Source of the DNA: Macrostomum lignano
Lineage: Eukaryota
DNA: 64,000 nt
Reading direction: 5' to 3'
NCBI GenBank assembly: GCA_002269645.1
Contig: NIVC01001115.1
Location: 435,079-499,078, forward strand
The notes beneath the pieces are model-generated. The model was not told the origin of the DNA, did no database searches, and worked only from the letters and a program-made list of their open reading frames with translations. Below are positions 59,607-64,000 of the stretch, in pieces. Both the position numbers and the translations under genes were made by a program. Position 1 is the first letter of the stretch. Every line of letters begins with the position of its first letter.

Positions 59607-62600
59607 ATGTCGGAGCGAGAATCTGCTGCAGCGAAAGCGCCGAACCGATGTCTCCTTGTGTTGAAGACGTTGCTGCGTCATCGGGCAGTGATTGCCACCT
59701 TTCTGGTGCCGTTGGCTCTCCTGCCGCTCATCTTCTATGTTGGAACCAAGGTTTGCACTAGTTGTGTAATAATTCTTTGCTTTGCCATTTGCTTTGCTGC
59801 GAGATTGTTTACTCGGCTATACTGGCGAATATTGCGTAACCATCTGCTTATGCTCGATGAGTTTGAGACCGGTGTTTGGCTAGCTGCATTTCAGAAGGTG
59901 CTCTCTATTTATTTAATGTCAAATTATGATTCATGGACGCCATCTTAGAAGATGTCAGGGCGCCACCTTTAGGCGTATTTTCATTAAGCGTTCCTTGGAT
60001 GATGTGTGAATTTATGGTGGTGTGAACGATCTTTTAGACGTCAGGGGTGCACCTTTGGATGCCATATAAGACATCAGATAGTTTACTATCTTCGCATCTG
60101 TGGTTCCACTATTTAGAGTAGTAGCTTCAAGCCTTTCCAATTTCTCGATTTCAGGAGGCCAAAGCCGCATTTGTAATCATCACGATGTCGTTCTATTGGA
60201 ACTTCGAAGTTGTTCCGCTGGGAATCACGGCCCTGCTGCCCGTGGTGCTGGTGCCAGCGCTTGGCATCATGCCTAGCAGAGACATCTGCCGGCCTATTTT
60301 AAGGTTTTGAAATGTACTTTTGAAATTTAAAAGAAATAATCGAATTTTTAAAACCGAATTTTAGAGCCAACGTGCCTGACTCTCGTCCCAAAGGCTCTTT
60401 CTTGAATTCGAAACCACTTTTAGCCTTCTTATGTAATTTTGGAATTTGTGCACGGAGACTTCACGCAACTCAAGCCCCCAAGGGTCAACCACAAAGGCAC
60501 AGACTGTGCTGTACTGCTCACACAGGGTGTACATCGGCCCCGCCTTTCTAATCATCGAGCATGGGTGTGAATCGCCACGACAAAAACCCTCTGCTCCCCA
60601 AGTAACTATAATTGTCTTTTTCCTATTCCTATTCTAGGACTCAAACATGCTGTTCCTCGGCGGCCTAATCTAGCAGTTTCCATCGAGATCTGGGATCTTC
60701 ATAAGAGAGTGCGCTCAAAGTTCTGCTGCTGTGCGGCGTGCAGCCCAGATGGTGAGTCACCGGGTCGACAATCAGTCGGAATACAATGTACAGGACTGGG
60801 TCCAGAAAAGTCTGCCGGCTGACAAATCGAGTTTTCTCTGCACTTAGGTGGATGAATTAAGCTGAAACGTGACCTGCTGAAGCCTTGTGTTCTGATGGAT
60901 GGTGTTTATTACTTAAAAATCTTGGTAATTTCCGGGTTTTAGCCGTGTTTATCACAGTTGTATCCATCTGCTATGAAAGCTGTCAGTCACTGCTCAACAT
61001 GATGGCCCTTGTTGTCTGTGTAAGTCTGCCTGAGGGCTTATTCAAACTTCTTAAAGCCAGGATGCCATTTCGAATCTCTCAACTGGCGTGTCAACCATGG
61101 AGCTGAAATGCAGTGTAGTTACGTCAGTTAGTGAAGCGGGTGTTTTTTCTAAGAAAACTTCATGCTTTTTGAAGCAAGCAGCAAGATTATAAAGTAAAGA
61201 ATATCATCAGAACACAAGGTTGAAGCAGGTCAACTTTCTGCCCAATCTAAATCGACCAAGCAAGTTCAGAGAAAACTCGGTTTTGTTATCCAGGAGACCA
61301 TTCCGGATCACCCTATAAATAAAAACAGTTAGTTAAATTTTAACAGAAGCAGCGCACATCAAATTAGACATCCTTGACAATGTTGACATGCACCAATCTT
61401 CTAAATATGAGCTCTGCAGGACCTTCTCCAAATTCCAACCGTTTAATTTAGCAAGTTTACGACAAATATTCTCTTTGATAATGTCTATTGACTCGCATTT
61501 CAATTAGTGCTTAACTTAAATCAGGACCTTTGTGTGTCTTAAAAGGGTCCCTGCTTTTTACCTGCTTTGGTTTGTGAAGTTCGGTGTTAGGAATGAAAAG
61601 CTAGAACTGATTGTTCTCGTAAAGAGCCAGAGCAGTGTTTCAAAAAAGCAATCGCTCGAGTCTCATAGTCTGGAGAACTGGTCTGAACCGCTTCTCTCTC
61701 AGGCCGTCTCCCAGACTAGAAAATGCCAGCTTTTATCAATTATATTGTAGTTATAAGCTCAAGTCTTTCACATAAAAACTATTCTTTTAAAAAGTAGACT
61801 CCGACACTTAAAAGCGTCTTTTATACTTATACAAGTGCTTTTAGTTTTCTTTTGTCAGCAGTCAGCAGCGAGACCCTAGAGATATCTAGAGATACTAGAG
61901 ATATCTAGAGATAGTTACTAGAGATATCTCAAGATTTTTTAAACAGAAATACGAGCGTAGATAAAGTACCTTAACTTAATAAGTTTATAATAGCGAGTTT
62001 TTAATTTTGAACTGCACATAATCAGTTCCTAATCTCAGAAAGCAGAGATATCAAATCCTTAATGTTTGAGCAGGTGTTTTTTACGTTTGACTTTCTGATG
62101 TAACGCCCAGCGAAGGATTTTGACTTTCAAAGAATCAAAGTACAGTATATACTCGTATATAACAATGGTGCAAGTTTTCGGTCAAATTTAGCGACATTAA
62201 ATATCAGTTACGCCGACTTTCAAAATACTCAGGCTGTTCTCATATTTGTCAAATCTCCAACTCAAATTGATGATGCCCAAAACTCACTGCAGGCTTCTGT
62301 TTGGCTTCCTCATTCCCACTTGGATTCTGTCGATGTGGATCTCCAACACCGCCACGGTGGCCATGATGCTCCCATAGCGGAGGCCGTGCTGGTGGAGCTG
62401 CGCAAGCACTACCAAGCCGCGCATTCCAGGCACTCTCACCAGCGCCGTCATAGCAACGCTTTAGACGTTGAAACGGCAGCCAAAATGTCAGAGGGCGCCG
62501 AGATTTCGAGGGGGGTGCCGTGGAGACTGGCGCAGTGAATCCCGCCTTCGAAATGTCGGCCGCTTCGTCGAGCAGCGACCAGACAACGGTCGCGTCTGGA

Positions 62601-63890
62601 ATCGGCAATCACGATGCTGGCTGTGGCGACAAAGACTTCGCACCAGAGAGCGACGTCGAGGGACAGACAGCTAAAGAGTTGGACGACGACGAAATCGTTG
62701 CCGAAGATCGGCACGTGGATGCGGAGATTGATTCGGCGCACGACGTCGACATGCGCGTGCCCATGAAAGAGTTCATTGCCGACAAGCGCAACGCCGAGTT
62801 TGCCAACATCTGCCGCATGCTGATGCTCTCCGTGTCCTACGGCGCCGTGTTCGGCGGGGTCGCCACCCTGACCGGCACGGCTCCTAACGTAATCTTGAAC
62901 GGCATCGTGGCCGAATACTTCGGCTCGGAGACGTCGCTAAACTACAGCAGCTGGTTGTTCTATGGTCTGCCGCTGGCCGTTGTAACTCTGCTCATCGCTT
63001 GGGTTTGGCTGCAGATCAGCTTTTTGGGGTTCAGGTTCGTGTTTATTCTGCTTTAGCTAGCAATGATTGAGCATTGATTAGTCAGTCATGCGAGAGTATG
63101 CAGGGGTAACCCTGTGTGGCAAAGCCCACACTTGCACATGATTTACAGCAGCCCTGACATGCGCACTTTTAGTCCTGTAAAAAATAAAACCACGTCGCTC
63201 TGTCTATACTTCACAATCATAAATATCGTACGTACTTGTTCATGCCCCATGGACTAACTAGCTACAACTCTTCAAACACTCATCCAGGAGCTTTGTGCGA
63301 CCGAACACCTTGCCAAAAAGTGACGAGGAGCGAATCAAGGCGACACTGCGCAGGGAGTATCAGAAACTCGGGCCTATCTCGTGAGTAAAGTATCATCAAG
63401 TCGATGCTTAATTCGATCTGGTAGTGAACCCCAATAACCTCATGTCGAACTATAAACCTCGTGACAGGTACGCTGAAGTGAACGTCATTCTGCTCTTTGT
63501 GCTTACCATCTGTCTCTGGATCAGCCGGGAGCCCGGAGTTCGCGGCTGGTCGGCCCTTTTCCTCGGCCGGACCCTAAAAAACACGAGCAACACCATGTCC
63601 TTCACTAGCGACGCTCAGCCAGTCATCCTATCGGCCATACTTCTCTCTTCCTGCCGTCCAAGAATCCTTTAGCTGCTGCACCTGCAAGTGCCCACAGCGC
63701 TGTGGCAAATCGTCCAGTCGTAGACGGAGACGCACCTATTCCCGCGAAGTCACGGTTGAGCCGAACCTGATTGTGCAGATTGACGACCGACCGGACAGGA
63801 TGATGACCTGGCGGTTGATGCAGGAACGAGTAGCCTGGAACATTGTGCTCATGCTGGGCGCTGGATTCGCTCTGGCTGACACTTCAAGGG
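59607..63890 (+). CDS. SLC13 Na+/dicarboxylate(citrate) cotransporter (Indy-like); exons 59607-59750, 60155-60303, 60638-60751, 62293-63034, 63288-63380, 63468-about 63890; contains 1-bp frameshifts; the gene probably continues beyond the window
   Basis: Motifs: VPLGITALLPVVL.P.LGI, DSNMLFLGG, SMWISNTATVAMMLP, YGAVFGGVATLTGTAPN, NYSSWLFYGLP, EYQKLGPIS, LWISREPG, WNIVLMLGAGFALA. Confidence 0.88.
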
Positions 63891-64000
63891 TTGTTGGTTT
63901 CTGCAGCACAAGTGCTGTAGTATTCAGTGACGTTCATCCAAGGACCACTAGAAGTTACCGTTAACGGTAACTTCTAGTGTCCTTGCGTTCATCATCAGAC

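Overview
Eukaryotic, intron-rich and extremely repeat-rich invertebrate DNA. The style resembles a flatworm such as Macrostomum, but that is inference only. Four spliced genes can be reconstructed by hand: a proteasome beta-1/PSMB1 homolog (+, 3459-5360, first exon not found), a complete gamma-glutamyltranspeptidase (-, 6359-10521), an NCKAP5/NCKAP5L-like coiled-coil gene (-, 14365-17194, probably joined across a ~31 kb intron to an exon at 48181-48900) and an SLC13 Na+/dicarboxylate transporter (+, 59607 to near the window end, with several 1-bp frameshifts). Around them are a decayed CMC/EnSpm-like transposase, a decayed non-LTR RT, two tRNA-derived SINE families, hAT-type MITEs and about 15 micro/minisatellites. 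The outstanding feature is a 17.9 kb head-to-tail array (23137-41074) of 13 near-identical 1.33/1.62 kb units lying exactly inside a (TATC)n microsatellite. Each unit carries a minimal type I hammerhead ribozyme motif (AAACC-CUGACGA-A-GGCCC-loop-GGGCC-GAA-AUAU-C/GGUUU), promoter-like and poly(A)-like signals and GC-rich hairpin modules. The array ends in a 68 bp terminal redundancy with TATCT microhomology to the target. This reads as an unusually large retrozyme/Penelope-dependent, microsatellite-targeted non-autonomous retroelement. All calls come from manual reading; no folding, alignment or database search was run.
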